Positions 9,234 through 18,639 of a DNA stretch of 64,000 nt are shown one piece after another. Origin of the DNA: Escherichia phage AnYang. The stretch lies in the sequence record MK234886. One strand, given 5' to 3'. The position numbers and the translations under genes are program-made. The notes below the pieces were generated by a model that saw nothing but the letters and a program-made list of their open reading frames with translations, was not told where the DNA came from and did no database searches. How positions within the stretch are numbered: the stretch's first letter is position 1; each line of letters opens with the position of its first letter.

Positions 9234-9703
9234 TTAAGCGATTTCCTCAGTTGTTTTTTAAACGAATCGACCATTTGTTTCTTAGTGGCAGATTCATTAT
9301 AAGTCATTCCATGTGAAAGCATTTCAGCAATCATTTCTTCCTTACCCAACCTGCTGAACTCTTTGGTTTTATCAGGAACGAAATTAGGATGAATATTGTT
9401 TTCAGTATAATCAGCTTTCAGATAGACAAGCAAATTCTCTAACCATTCGAGGTAGTCAACGTTTTGACCTTTAAGACCAGAACGGTTGAACTTATGCTTC
9501 ATTTGTCCTTCTGCAGCATTGCACAGGTTACATAGTAAACCACGAACCTTACCGGCTTTTGGCCCATTTAACTCGTGGTCGTGGTCAAGGTGGTTACTTT
9601 GAACATCAGGGTTTAATTCACGTTTACAAATCAAACACTTACCACATTGTGCATCATAAAGTTTTTGTTTTTCTTCTTTGTATAATTTGCCGGTCAACAA
9701 CAT
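9230..9703 (-). CDS. 49: endonuclease VII (Holliday junction resolvase) gp49
   Basis: 157 aa; near-identical to T4 EndoVII as recalled, with Cys-rich zinc site and HLDHDH motif. Confidence 0.95.
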   Translation of the reverse strand: MLLTGKLYKEEKQKLYDAQCGKCLICKRELNPDVQSNHLDHDHELNGPKAGKVRGLLCNLCNAAEGQMKHKFNRSGLKGQNVDYLEWLENLLVYLKADYTENNIHPNFVPDKTKEFSRLGKEEMIAEMLSHGMTYNESATKKQMVDSFKKQLRKSLK

Positions 9704-9738
9704 AATAAACCCTTACCATTATTAGATAAGGGTATTTA

Positions 9739-9924
9739 TTATTTTTCAAATGTACTATAGAACGAACGATGCAACCGTTTAAATTGACGAATCATCTTTT
9801 TGGTAGGGCGAGTATACAATCCTACACAGGTGGCCATAAACTGGTCGGTAGGACTTCCTTTGATAAGAAGTTTCCAGACCTTACTGCCATCCAACTTTTC
9901 GGTATAAACCAGTACAGTTTTCAT
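9739..9924 (-). CDS. hypothetical protein
   Basis: 61 aa ORF. Confidence 0.4.
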   Translation of the reverse strand: MKTVLVYTEKLDGSKVWKLLIKGSPTDQFMATCVGLYTRPTKKMIRQFKRLHRSFYSTFEK

Positions 9925-10097
9925 CAGAACGCCTTATCAGCAAAGCGAAGTTGAGCTTCAAGCCAATGAATATAATCGGCTGCAGCTTTAATCAAATCGG
10001 ATTCTAAGTCAGGTAAAGAACCTGAATCCGACAACTCGTAAAGCGAATGTTCAATAAGACGGCCTTTATGGCGACCAATTTCAATTTTGGTACTCAT
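9924..10097 (-). CDS. hypothetical protein (start uncertain)
   Basis: ORF-track ATG at 10139 lies inside the promoter -10; internal ATG with GGAG SD chosen. Confidence 0.35.
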   Translation of the reverse strand: MSTKIEIGRHKGRLIEHSLYELSDSGSLPDLESDLIKAAADYIHWLEAQLRFADKAF

Positions 10098-10137
10098 ATC
10101 CAAACTCCATATCGATGAAATCATTGTTTGAAGGTTC

Positions 10138-10167
10138 ATTATACTCTATTTCGGAATCGTTGTAAAC
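10138..10167 (-). promoter_or_regulatory. T4-type early promoter
   Basis: minus strand GTTTAC-N18-TATAAT preceded by a GCTCGGT/ACCGAGC hairpin. Confidence 0.45.
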
Positions 10168-10213
10168 CGGTTCCTCTGGCTCGGTAGTTTCCCACCGAGC
10201 GACATACCATGGC

Positions 10214-10522
10214 TTAACGGTCACACCACCAACTCGATACTTCAAAATCGGGTTCACCATCTTCCCAGTACCAAGGACCTACTGGATGCCAATCGCCATG
10301 TTCATCTTCTTCAAATTCTTCAGATTCAAGCCCAACGTATTGCCATTGGACTTCATAAGCAGTACCACCGATTACAACGGTGTTCTCACCGTATGGGTGA
10401 GCTACAGCAAAGTCAATACCTTCTGCTTTAGCCAGCCAAACCATATATTCGTATAGTTTATATTCCAGGTCATCTTCGGTACCATCACCTAGAAAAATAG
10501 TCTGTTCATTTAATTCAATCAT
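10214..10522 (-). CDS. hypothetical acidic Trp-rich protein
   Basis: 102 aa ORF, ATGA-coupled to nrdC. Confidence 0.5.
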   Translation of the reverse strand: MIELNEQTIFLGDGTEDDLEYKLYEYMVWLAKAEGIDFAVAHPYGENTVVIGGTAYEVQWQYVGLESEEFEEDEHGDWHPVGPWYWEDGEPDFEVSSWWCDR

Positions 10523-10782
10523 TTGAAATACGCTCTCAGCTGGTCAAACCCACCAATATGACTTCCGTCTGGAGCGAATACCTGAGGCATAGTCAAACCT
10601 ACCTGAGATTCACGTCCAAGAGCAGCCAAGAGTTCGGCAATCTTCTCATCATCAAATACACCTTTTTCAGGCATCACGTTAATGAATTCGTAAGGTTGTT
10701 TCTTAACATCAAGCAGACGTTTGGCATTATCACAGAAAACACAACGGTGAATATTTGAATCGTAACCATAAACTTTAAACAT
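10519..10782 (-). CDS. nrdC: thioredoxin NrdC
   Basis: 87 aa; CVFCDNAK active site; near-identical to T4 NrdC as recalled. Confidence 0.92.
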   Translation of the reverse strand: MFKVYGYDSNIHRCVFCDNAKRLLDVKKQPYEFINVMPEKGVFDDEKIAELLAALGRESQVGLTMPQVFAPDGSHIGGFDQLRAYFK

Positions 10783-10783
10783 T

Positions 10784-11020
10784 TTAAATTCCTAATATTT
10801 GTTTGAATGCTTCAGAACGGTCAAGTTCTGTTCCATATTTTTCCAGGTGCTCATATTTTAAATCATACACATCAGATAGTATATTATTATACGAACGAGT
10901 TAAAGCAGATTTTAAAACTGAATAACTGTCCGGAAATTTACCATGCTCTTTATAATAAGCTAGAGTAAGTTCGCGGACTGCCTTATCGGCAGCCTCTACA
11001 TATTCTTTACGCTTTGCCAT
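10784..11020 (-). CDS. hypothetical protein
   Basis: ORF-track start is TTG; ATG at 11020 chosen. Confidence 0.4.
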   Translation of the reverse strand: MAKRKEYVEAADKAVRELTLAYYKEHGKFPDSYSVLKSALTRSYNNILSDVYDLKYEHLEKYGTELDRSEAFKQILGI

Positions 11021-11315
11021 TTTCGTCTCGCTCAAATCGGTGTTTGCAATGGCGGCATTTGTAACAAAGATTACTAGTCTGCCAATGGACTAACTGAACC
11101 TGTTCTGTACCACACTTAGGACAGTTCGGAACGTTCTTAGAAGCTTGTTCTCGTCGTGCAACCATAGCCGTTACGGCATCCCAATTAACGACATCACTAT
11201 ACTCATCACCATGAATTTTACCAACCAATTCAGCTTCAACATCCTCGGCTTTAATAAATTTCAATAAACCGGTATTAGATGCTGAAGCAATATCTTCAGC
11301 TAAACGTTGTTTCAT
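11007..11315 (-). CDS. zinc-ribbon protein (CPKC ... CRHC)
   Basis: 102 aa; two CxxC pairs at C-terminus. Confidence 0.5.
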   Translation of the reverse strand: MKQRLAEDIASASNTGLLKFIKAEDVEAELVGKIHGDEYSDVVNWDAVTAMVARREQASKNVPNCPKCGTEQVQLVHWQTSNLCYKCRHCKHRFERDENGKA

Positions 11316-12322
11316 TTCAGCAGCTCCAGAGCCTGTTCAAGACGGTCTAAACGATTGGTAGACTCTTCCCAAAGTTTCTTGGCAGCGGTATATTGTCCAG
11401 TCAGTTTTTTGTTGATAGCAAGGGCATCTTTATACGCTTTTTCTAAGGCAACGATTTCCGGTAACTTGGATTTAGTAATTGGTGTAGGGGCCATGATAGG
11501 GCTGTTCAAGTCGTTAATCAAGTCTTCTAATGTAGCAGGCTCTTTATCAGTATTCACAATTTCCTCACATTTTTCTTGGTAAATTTCAGCATCAGTTTTT
11601 GGAACAGGGCATTTGATTTCACGAACTGTTACTAAAACTTCGTATCCTTTCCAGCCTAAGTGGTGTTTAACTTCTTGGGTCTCATATTTCTCTACTGTAT
11701 CCATCAAAGCTAAGGCTTGTTCGATAGTATTCAAGGTATCGTAAGCAATATCTTGATACTTTACAACTTCCGCATCATCTTTAGGTTTCCTATTAGGTGA
11801 CCAAATAACAGAAATAATAGCTTTTCCTTTATAACTATTTGTTTTAATCATGCAATTAGCCATTGGGTGAATAGTACGACAATCACCGGAAACTATAGTT
11901 TTAGAGCCCGCTTTGAGAATTAATGCAGAGTTAGCCTTGAATTCGCTAACCCAACGTTGCGGAAATAAACTACTAGGGTCCATACCTTTAATTTTGACAT
12001 AACCTTTTATGGTATCACCAAACCATTTGTAGCTAACAACATGGCTAGAACCCGGATATTTCTCTTTACCGAACTCAGAAAGGATATCCTTATTGACCAG
12101 ACGCGAAAGCAGTCGAGAACTTTTAAATGTATCTACGATATCAGTAATAAACAAACGACCCGCAATCTTTTCGATTTCAGCTTTGAAACAGCGCGATAAT
12201 GCATCATCAATTTGGTCGACCCATTTATTGATATTAGAAACTATTACCACATATGGGGTTAATGGAGGGGTGTTGGCAGTGATATACGTAGTAAAGGCAT
12301 TAATGTATTCAGTACGAGTCAT
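11312..12322 (-). CDS. hypothetical protein (336 aa)
   Basis: long ORF, GAGGAGAA SD, early promoter upstream. Confidence 0.6.
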   Translation of the reverse strand: MTRTEYINAFTTYITANTPPLTPYVVIVSNINKWVDQIDDALSRCFKAEIEKIAGRLFITDIVDTFKSSRLLSRLVNKDILSEFGKEKYPGSSHVVSYKWFGDTIKGYVKIKGMDPSSLFPQRWVSEFKANSALILKAGSKTIVSGDCRTIHPMANCMIKTNSYKGKAIISVIWSPNRKPKDDAEVVKYQDIAYDTLNTIEQALALMDTVEKYETQEVKHHLGWKGYEVLVTVREIKCPVPKTDAEIYQEKCEEIVNTDKEPATLEDLINDLNSPIMAPTPITKSKLPEIVALEKAYKDALAINKKLTGQYTAAKKLWEESTNRLDRLEQALELLK

Positions 12323-12348
12323 GATATTCTCCTCAAGTTGATAGAAAG

Positions 12349-12378
12349 ATTATACTCCATCCGTCCTTGGATGTAAAC
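12349..12378 (-). promoter_or_regulatory. T4-type early promoter
   Basis: minus strand GTTTAC-N18-TATAAT with CATCC/GGATG hairpin in the spacer. Confidence 0.5.
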
Positions 12379-12379
12379 A

Positions 12380-13279
12380 TTATTTTAGAGCTAATACTGC
12401 CGCGCGGAGCTTGTCACGCTGGAGTTCCATGTTCTTGATGCGAATCAATACGTCTTGGATACTCTTTTTCTCATCTTCGATCTGACCGTTTAAACGGTGG
12501 ATTGATTCCTGGATGTGGTCCTCATGATACTTCTCGATAGGTTTCATCGTAGGGTTAGTAACCACCATAGAATTATCAGGTGTAATTTTCCAATGATACG
12601 GTTTGGAATTGAATGGACTCGGTACAGCCGTGGTTTTGAATTTGTCATAGGCTGCATACTGGCCTACGCTATCACATGATACTGCAGAGGTAGAGATACG
12701 TCGTTCCATTTGTGGGTCCTTTTGTTGGGATTGATAAGGGGCATAAGACAAAAGATATTCGCGAGTTAGTTTAACATTAAAATAAACCGCATCAGCCCGA
12801 CCAGAACAATCAGCGTATTCATCGGTTGTAACTTTATATGATTCTACAGCCTTAATACGAGTCATTGCTTCCCTGAATAAGGTTTCGAATGCTTCACGAA
12901 GGGCCTTATTACCTTTTGAGGTAGGACGGAAACGAACTTGAATACCGTCATTCAGAATATTAATGACTAGGTTACGAGCCGTAAAATTAATATTCTTGAT
13001 ATTAACAGGAACCGTAGAAATACGTCCTGCAGTAGCCAATAGGTCTTTGATATTAGCTCGTAATGTTGCACCAAACAGATGGGCTGGGCAACGGCAATAA
13101 TCGTTCAAAGAACTGATGTAAGTTCCTTTACGGCCTACGCCATAAGTATAATTACCATTACAAATATGGCCAAAGTCGGCCAGCCGATCGATAGCGATAC
13201 GACGTGTGGTATCAAAATCATATCGAGAATATTCTTTACGTGTTTTAATGTTCATATTAAAGTCCAAATAATTTTTCAT
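12380..13279 (-). CDS. hypothetical protein (299 aa)
   Basis: long ORF, no recognised motif. Confidence 0.6.
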   Translation of the reverse strand: MKNYLDFNMNIKTRKEYSRYDFDTTRRIAIDRLADFGHICNGNYTYGVGRKGTYISSLNDYCRCPAHLFGATLRANIKDLLATAGRISTVPVNIKNINFTARNLVINILNDGIQVRFRPTSKGNKALREAFETLFREAMTRIKAVESYKVTTDEYADCSGRADAVYFNVKLTREYLLSYAPYQSQQKDPQMERRISTSAVSCDSVGQYAAYDKFKTTAVPSPFNSKPYHWKITPDNSMVVTNPTMKPIEKYHEDHIQESIHRLNGQIEDEKKSIQDVLIRIKNMELQRDKLRAAVLALK

Positions 13280-13460
13280 AGAATTTAGCGATTGGCCAGG
13301 TTATAATAAAAACTATCCCAAACATAGCAAGAACTGGCCAGATAAAGGTGGCAAACGCCGCTTCACCACCTGAGTTAATTTCCATATGATTACGACCAAT
13401 AAGGACAGTAATGAATCCTATCACAAGGTATCCAAAAATAAAACTGATAATTATAGCCAT
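13257..13460 (-). CDS. small membrane protein
   Basis: 67 aa, two hydrophobic helices, AAGGAT SD. Confidence 0.5.
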   Translation of the reverse strand: MAIIISFIFGYLVIGFITVLIGRNHMEINSGGEAAFATFIWPVLAMFGIVFIITWPIAKFYEKLFGL

Positions 13461-13461
13461 A

Positions 13462-14307
13462 TTAATCCTTAAGAAGATTTAGGATATCGATATATTTTTG
13501 ACGTTCGGCCTTGGCTTTAGCGTTCAGTCCAGAGAGTCGGAAAATCTCATCATCTTGTTGTTGGATTGTAACATTCAAGCAAGTAAGCAAATTGCTAAAA
13601 TACCCAATCTGGGCTTGATGCTTCTCATTGCTGCGCACTGGCACAGGTTCCGGTTTAGGAGCTTGTTCTGGATGCTCTTCAGCCAGGTCTTTAATTTTAT
13701 AAAGTTTAATACGCTGACCCACTCCAGTTTCGGCATCACCAAAACTAAGAACACCGTGCTGTTCTAATTCAGACAGGGCTAAGCGCAGGTGGAACTTCCA
13801 GTTGTCGTATTGACATCCACTGTAGTGGGAAATAGTATACTCATTTTCATTTCCGGGGTGGTTAACAATATTAAAGATAATCCAATCACCCGAACCATTG
13901 GTCTTAAAGATCATTTGTTTATCAAGACCTTTTGCAAGGCGAGCGCCAAGAGCCAGTAGACGTCGTTGGTTGGCATGAAGGTCTTGAACAACTTCGTCAA
14001 ATGACATCGCCGGGATTAAACGACCATAAAGGTCGTAGCCTTTGTTATAATTTTTAAGAATAATTTTGGCATTAGCACGAGACAACATACCTGTTTTACG
14101 AAGAGTTTTCATGACTCGGTCTTCTAACGTAAACGAACCTTTAGTCCTGTCAAAGATTTTAGTGAAGTCATCTTTAACAGTACAAACATTGAACTTGTCC
14201 CACATCATATATAGAACCTTTTCAACAACTTCTTTAGAACTCGGAATACGACCAAATTTAATAACTTTTTTAACTTCAGAACGAATTTGATTAATTGCCT
14301 GTGACAT
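13462..14307 (-). CDS. hypothetical protein (281 aa)
   Basis: long ORF with GAGGAAA SD. Confidence 0.6.
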   Translation of the reverse strand: MSQAINQIRSEVKKVIKFGRIPSSKEVVEKVLYMMWDKFNVCTVKDDFTKIFDRTKGSFTLEDRVMKTLRKTGMLSRANAKIILKNYNKGYDLYGRLIPAMSFDEVVQDLHANQRRLLALGARLAKGLDKQMIFKTNGSGDWIIFNIVNHPGNENEYTISHYSGCQYDNWKFHLRLALSELEQHGVLSFGDAETGVGQRIKLYKIKDLAEEHPEQAPKPEPVPVRSNEKHQAQIGYFSNLLTCLNVTIQQQDDEIFRLSGLNAKAKAERQKYIDILNLLKD

Positions 14308-14370
14308 AATAATTTCCTCAGTAAGTAATTAAGAACCTAGAACCATTATACCATCCTTGGTATAAAGCGT

Positions 14371-14895
14371 TTATGCGAGAACCGTCTTTAAACGCTCTTC
14401 AAATTTCTGAAGCAGAGCTTGGCGTTCAGCTCGTTGTGATTTGTACTGCTCGATACGACCTGAAGTGAGGGCGTACTGTTCATTTACTGATTCCCGCATG
14501 AATTCAGGAATCTCTTTACAAGCTTTGATTTCGTCAAACTTATCAATAACCGCTTGTTCCTCGGCAATCAGATTATCGAAATAAGCGATATCAGATTTAA
14601 CGTTTGCCAGGTCAGATTCAGTAGGCATTAAACGTTTGTTACGTTCAGCTTGATAAGCTTGATTGGTTTCACGACTCCAGTGAAGAGTACGTTTTTTGTT
14701 AGTATTTTTATAGAGCTCTACAATACCAACTGAATCGATGATAACAATCCAGTTCCAACGGCTTTTGTAAATCTCTCCTCCAGATACGGTAATCTCATTA
14801 CCACAAGCAACGTCGTTAAAGAACTTGCTTTGTTTTTCAGATTTGAAATTACCGTTGTTGAAATTAATCAGTGAAAAAATATCTTTAGCGTTCAT
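14371..14895 (-). CDS. hypothetical protein (174 aa)
   Basis: GGAGG SD embedded in the 3' arm of the promoter-flanking inverted repeat. Confidence 0.55.
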   Translation of the reverse strand: MNAKDIFSLINFNNGNFKSEKQSKFFNDVACGNEITVSGGEIYKSRWNWIVIIDSVGIVELYKNTNKKRTLHWSRETNQAYQAERNKRLMPTESDLANVKSDIAYFDNLIAEEQAVIDKFDEIKACKEIPEFMRESVNEQYALTSGRIEQYKSQRAERQALLQKFEERLKTVLA

Positions 14896-14921
14896 GATAA
14901 CCTCCAGTAGTTGATAGGTCT

Positions 14922-14950
14922 ATAGTATCATTTCTACTGGAGATGTAAAC
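14922..14950 (-). promoter_or_regulatory. T4-type early promoter with CTCCAGTAG/CTACTGGAG inverted repeat (PeSL-like cassette)
   Basis: GTTTAC -35, TACTAT -10; downstream arm contains the SD of the 14371-14895 gene. Confidence 0.5.
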
Positions 14951-14952
14951 AA

Positions 14953-15294
14953 CTAATAGAAACTTTTTTCACCTGCTTGTCCACTAAACCACACTGATTG
15001 GGTGTTCTCTTTCCGTTGGTGTTCAATACGAATGCGATATTCATTCCTGATGGCACAGAGTTCACCTCGGAAGTCGCCTGTCAACTTTACCTGCTTGTGG
15101 TCTAGATTTATTAAGGCCTGAGTCTTAGCTGCCAAGGCCAGTCTCTTATAGTCTCCTTCTTCACAATCGGTTTTATAAACCTTCTCGGCGAATTTGTATT
15201 TAAATTCATTATCATAGTCCTCGACGGACTGTTTCATGGCATTAGAGTACTTCAACTCTGCTTTTATAAGGTCATAACTAAATTGTTCAAACAT
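14953..15294 (-). CDS. hypothetical protein (113 aa)
   Basis: ORF with AAGGTG SD. Confidence 0.5.
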   Translation of the reverse strand: MFEQFSYDLIKAELKYSNAMKQSVEDYDNEFKYKFAEKVYKTDCEEGDYKRLALAAKTQALINLDHKQVKLTGDFRGELCAIRNEYRIRIEHQRKENTQSVWFSGQAGEKSFY

Positions 15295-15304
15295 AATTTC
15301 ACCT

Positions 15305-16297
15305 TTATTTCAGAAGGGTAACTTCAGCAATTTCGTTCCAGTCATTTTTATCGGTGGCAATGAAGTCCGCCAGATAAAGAGCTGTACGTAATGATACGTT
15401 ACGAAGACGAGATACATTAGCCTTCATCCATGCTAAAGCTTGATAAGTCTCAGCATCAGTCAGACCTCGATTTTGCATCATATCAGTGGACAGGATAACG
15501 TCTTCAACACGAACCATAATCTCTTCGTTCGAGTGAACTCCGAGGTCTAAGTAAACTGAACGAGATACTAAAGCCTGGAGGTGTGGAGCAAGTTTAGTTC
15601 CACGTTCTAATTCACGGTCAATATCAACGTTGGTGATGAATACGATGGTGCCTTCGTATTCGAATTCTTTATCGATATTTTTATCATCGAGGTAAGAACT
15701 TGAAGTGCTCCAGCACACCTTACGTTTTTCACCAGTATCTAATGCCGCTTTTAACAGGTTCAGGATATCCATATCAGAGAATACATCAACATCATCGATA
15801 AGAAGAACACTATTAGGGCCGCGGTTATTCCAAAGCTGCTCGTAAAGACCGATTCCACTAATCTTTCCGTTGATTGATTTATATTCGATAGTTTCATTTT
15901 CGTGGGCATTCTGTAATGCTTTATCCAAAGAATATGTTTTACCAATACCTGCGGCACCAGAGATGATAAGGGAACGAATTTTACCATCGATGATTCCGTT
16001 AGTCATCATGTTCATTACTTTAAAACGTTTGTTGATGCGATGTTTCATTTCTTCAGAGGATTCAGTAACAACTGCAGGAGCTTCAGCACCTTCCATTTCA
16101 ACGTCACATTTGAACACCCATACACCACGTTCAACACCATCAATCTGTACGAATACCTTGCCATCACCGAGGTGAGCTTCGGATTCATGAATTTTATTAG
16201 GGAACCAGGTTTTACCTGAACTCATGAACGTACCAGAGATTTCATTACCGCGATAGATACCTTTGTTGATTTTGATAGTTAACATTATATTCTCCAT
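15305..16297 (-). CDS. AAA-type P-loop ATPase
   Basis: Walker A GAAGIGKT, Walker B VLLIDDVD; ORF-track ATG at 16324 lies inside the promoter -10, so start moved to the next ATG. Confidence 0.7.
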   Translation of the reverse strand: MENIMLTIKINKGIYRGNEISGTFMSSGKTWFPNKIHESEAHLGDGKVFVQIDGVERGVWVFKCDVEMEGAEAPAVVTESSEEMKHRINKRFKVMNMMTNGIIDGKIRSLIISGAAGIGKTYSLDKALQNAHENETIEYKSINGKISGIGLYEQLWNNRGPNSVLLIDDVDVFSDMDILNLLKAALDTGEKRKVCWSTSSSYLDDKNIDKEFEYEGTIVFITNVDIDRELERGTKLAPHLQALVSRSVYLDLGVHSNEEIMVRVEDVILSTDMMQNRGLTDAETYQALAWMKANVSRLRNVSLRTALYLADFIATDKNDWNEIAEVTLLK

Positions 16298-16323
16298 TTC
16301 ACTCAGTAGATTTGATAGGTCCA

Positions 16324-16351
16324 TAATAACATGCTCTACGAGGTTGTAAAC
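16324..16351 (-). promoter_or_regulatory. T4-type early promoter
   Basis: minus strand GTTTAC ... TATTAT. Confidence 0.45.
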
Positions 16352-16357
16352 TACTTT

Positions 16358-16365
16358 TATAAATA
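16358..16365 (+). promoter_or_regulatory. T4 late promoter TATAAATA
   Basis: exact TATAAATA 22 nt upstream of the collagen-like gene ATG, followed by AGGAGAAGG SD. Confidence 0.5.
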
Positions 16366-16387
16366 TTTTATTTAAAGGAGAAGGTTT

Positions 16388-17146
16388 ATGATTATATCAG
16401 CAAAAACCATCGATGAATTGAACGAGAAGGTCCAGTTAGCATTAGACGATAACTGGCATCTTTTTGGTTCAACGGTAGTCCTTCCTAATACTGTAACTGA
16501 TAACAGCGAACGATTCTTTCAAACGATGTCAAAATCAGTTACCCAGATTCCAGGACCTCCTGGACAAAAGGGCGATAAAGGCGATCCCGGGAATACCGGT
16601 GCCCCGGGAGTTCAAGGTGAACCAGGAAAGTCTTCATACCAATTATGGATTGATGAAGGTAATAGTGGAACAGTAGATGATTTTTTGACTGCAACAGCAG
16701 GAAAGAGAAGAAAATCAGAAGTGTTTTGGACTGGACTAAACATTGCACTGCAGTCTGGAGCGACGGTTAATCTTATTGAAATATTAAAATCAACTCCTCC
16801 AACATTCGGAATTCTTGAACCATTCTTCAAAGTGTCTGACAATAAACTTTGGCCATTTAATGAAGACAGAACATTGAATTTCAAACTAAATTTAACCGGA
16901 GCATTTGCGGGCCCGTCGCAGGCAAGAAGCATAACATTAAATTTTGTTGGAACAAATGGAAATACTTTAATACAAAGCAGACCGGAAGGTAATGTAACTG
17001 ACGTGCTGTCATTTAACACATTTTTCAGTGTTGATAAAAATGGAGTAATGACAACTAATGGGACAGCAGTAACTTTAACTGCTAATGGAGGGACTTTTAC
17101 AATAAACTCAGTTCTACTTGTTGCTGAACAAACTGTTACAACATAA
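16388..17146 (+). CDS. collagen-like repeat protein (G-x-y triple-helix segment plus Thr/Asn-rich C-terminal domain)
   Basis: 252 aa; GPPGQKGDKGDPGNTGAPGVQGEPGKS; strong SD; only plus-strand gene in the early region; own terminator. Confidence 0.7.
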   Translation: MIISAKTIDELNEKVQLALDDNWHLFGSTVVLPNTVTDNSERFFQTMSKSVTQIPGPPGQKGDKGDPGNTGAPGVQGEPGKSSYQLWIDEGNSGTVDDFLTATAGKRRKSEVFWTGLNIALQSGATVNLIEILKSTPPTFGILEPFFKVSDNKLWPFNEDRTLNFKLNLTGAFAGPSQARSITLNFVGTNGNTLIQSRPEGNVTDVLSFNTFFSVDKNGVMTTNGTAVTLTANGGTFTINSVLLVAEQTVTT

Positions 17147-17149
17147 ATA

Positions 17150-17166
17150 AGGGGGAATTCCCCCTT
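17150..17166. terminator. bidirectional hairpin terminator GGGGGAATTCCCCC
   Basis: perfect palindrome between convergent genes with T-runs on both strands. Confidence 0.6.
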
Positions 17167-17169
17167 TCA

Positions 17170-18180
17170 TTAACTATAATAAGCGTTGTGGTTGTCAAGG
17201 TACACCTCTTCAACGAACTTGTCCCAGAACTTCATGTCTACCTTATCAGGCATACCATTCTTAGCGGCCCAGATAGCATTAGTTTCGACTTCATCAACGA
17301 TAGCTTCAAGTTCGGCCTGTACATCTTTAAAAGCATGAAGCCCTTGTTTGATTTCAAGGATAAATGGTGCTGTACGTAAAGGGTATTGGAGGTCACCTGT
17401 TTGATAGATTTCCTTCAACTGGTATCCAGCACGATAAGCATGGCTCAGAGCTTTCCAGTCAATACCTTCATTGGCTTCTGCCTTACGAGCACGTTCACCA
17501 TATTCGGCATCGAGCTTATTCAGAGATTGCTTGAGCTCGATTAAAGACAGGGTGGTTTGGTACTTACGTCCAAGAACAGTATAGAACGTTTGAGGACCTG
17601 TTTTCTCGTGGTTATGGAATACCCATTCACAGAACTCATTTTCAGGGAGTCGATGTTTGATATCTTCTACCTTAGTTCGACGTTGCTTAGTCGAACCATC
17701 TTCTTGATAGTCGACCCACTGTTCAGGAATCCGGTTAATGATTGTCAGTACACCACGTAGAGCGGCCAATCGTGAACCTTTAACACCATATTTGGAAGCT
17801 TGCTTACGGACATACCCCAAATAGGCTTTCATGTTGGTTGTATAGAACCGCGAACGGTTATCCTGAATAAACTTCCATACATCTGGTAAATCGGATTTGA
17901 CAACCAGGTCAGCCGGCGTGTGAATCATGTCCAGAGCAACGGTTTCGCCTTCGGCTGCCAGTTTAAAGAAATATTTCAGACTATAAAGTTCATGGTCAAC
18001 ATCATCTTTTGTATTTTTGGTGGCCGTGTTATTCGTGTTCAGGTTGGTATGGTTCATCGCCGTCCCAAGTAGAATATCACGAGGATGTGGAACAAAGATT
18101 TCTTTAAAATCGACATCAGATTCCGGAGTACTTGTTCCATAAAGGTGGCTACCGAAGTAGCCTTTCATAACTGTTCTCAT
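17170..18180 (-). CDS. Pol-beta superfamily nucleotidyltransferase
   Basis: 336 aa; N-terminal GSHLYGTSTPESDVDF (hG[GS]...[DE]hD) nucleotidyltransferase signature. Confidence 0.65.
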   Translation of the reverse strand: MRTVMKGYFGSHLYGTSTPESDVDFKEIFVPHPRDILLGTAMNHTNLNTNNTATKNTKDDVDHELYSLKYFFKLAAEGETVALDMIHTPADLVVKSDLPDVWKFIQDNRSRFYTTNMKAYLGYVRKQASKYGVKGSRLAALRGVLTIINRIPEQWVDYQEDGSTKQRRTKVEDIKHRLPENEFCEWVFHNHEKTGPQTFYTVLGRKYQTTLSLIELKQSLNKLDAEYGERARKAEANEGIDWKALSHAYRAGYQLKEIYQTGDLQYPLRTAPFILEIKQGLHAFKDVQAELEAIVDEVETNAIWAAKNGMPDKVDMKFWDKFVEEVYLDNHNAYYS

Positions 18181-18629
18181 TCTTTGTCCTCGAAGTGGAT
18201 TACCGGACAGACCTTAGATTTACGAGCTTTGATATATTGAATAACGATATTTTCTTTAATTTCCTTTCCTTCACGTTTAGCTTTAATTAGTTCCCATTCT
18301 TTTTCTTCTTTACGTAAATCATACCAGGCCCAGAAACTCATTATACAATACACAATACCAACAGCTACCGCTAGAATAAGAGCCAGCGTAACCAGTCCTA
18401 AAATAAAACCTAAACCCAAACCAACAGGAGTACTCAATACAAAGAACTGCTCCAATATACCGGCACCTGCAACAGTTAAGCCGAAAATAGTACTACCTGC
18501 AAGCACAGAACACATAAAGAACACCCAAACCATTTTCCAGAAGTATGCGCATAATGAGCGCGGACGTGAATAACTGGCATAAAAACGGTCATGTAGTTTA
18601 ACGTGCCAAGAGTTTGTATTGATAATCAT
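18177..18629 (-). CDS. membrane protein
   Basis: 150 aa, several hydrophobic helices, AAGGAAA SD. Confidence 0.55.
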   Translation of the reverse strand: MIINTNSWHVKLHDRFYASYSRPRSLCAYFWKMVWVFFMCSVLAGSTIFGLTVAGAGILEQFFVLSTPVGLGLGFILGLVTLALILAVAVGIVYCIMSFWAWYDLRKEEKEWELIKAKREGKEIKENIVIQYIKARKSKVCPVIHFEDKE

Positions 18630-18639
18630 AATATTTTCC

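Noticed and set aside
16539-17019. Minus-strand ORFs (16539-16748, 16612-17019) inside the collagen-like gene
   Set aside because: Antisense to a plus-strand gene that has a strong SD, late promoter and terminator; no SD of their own.
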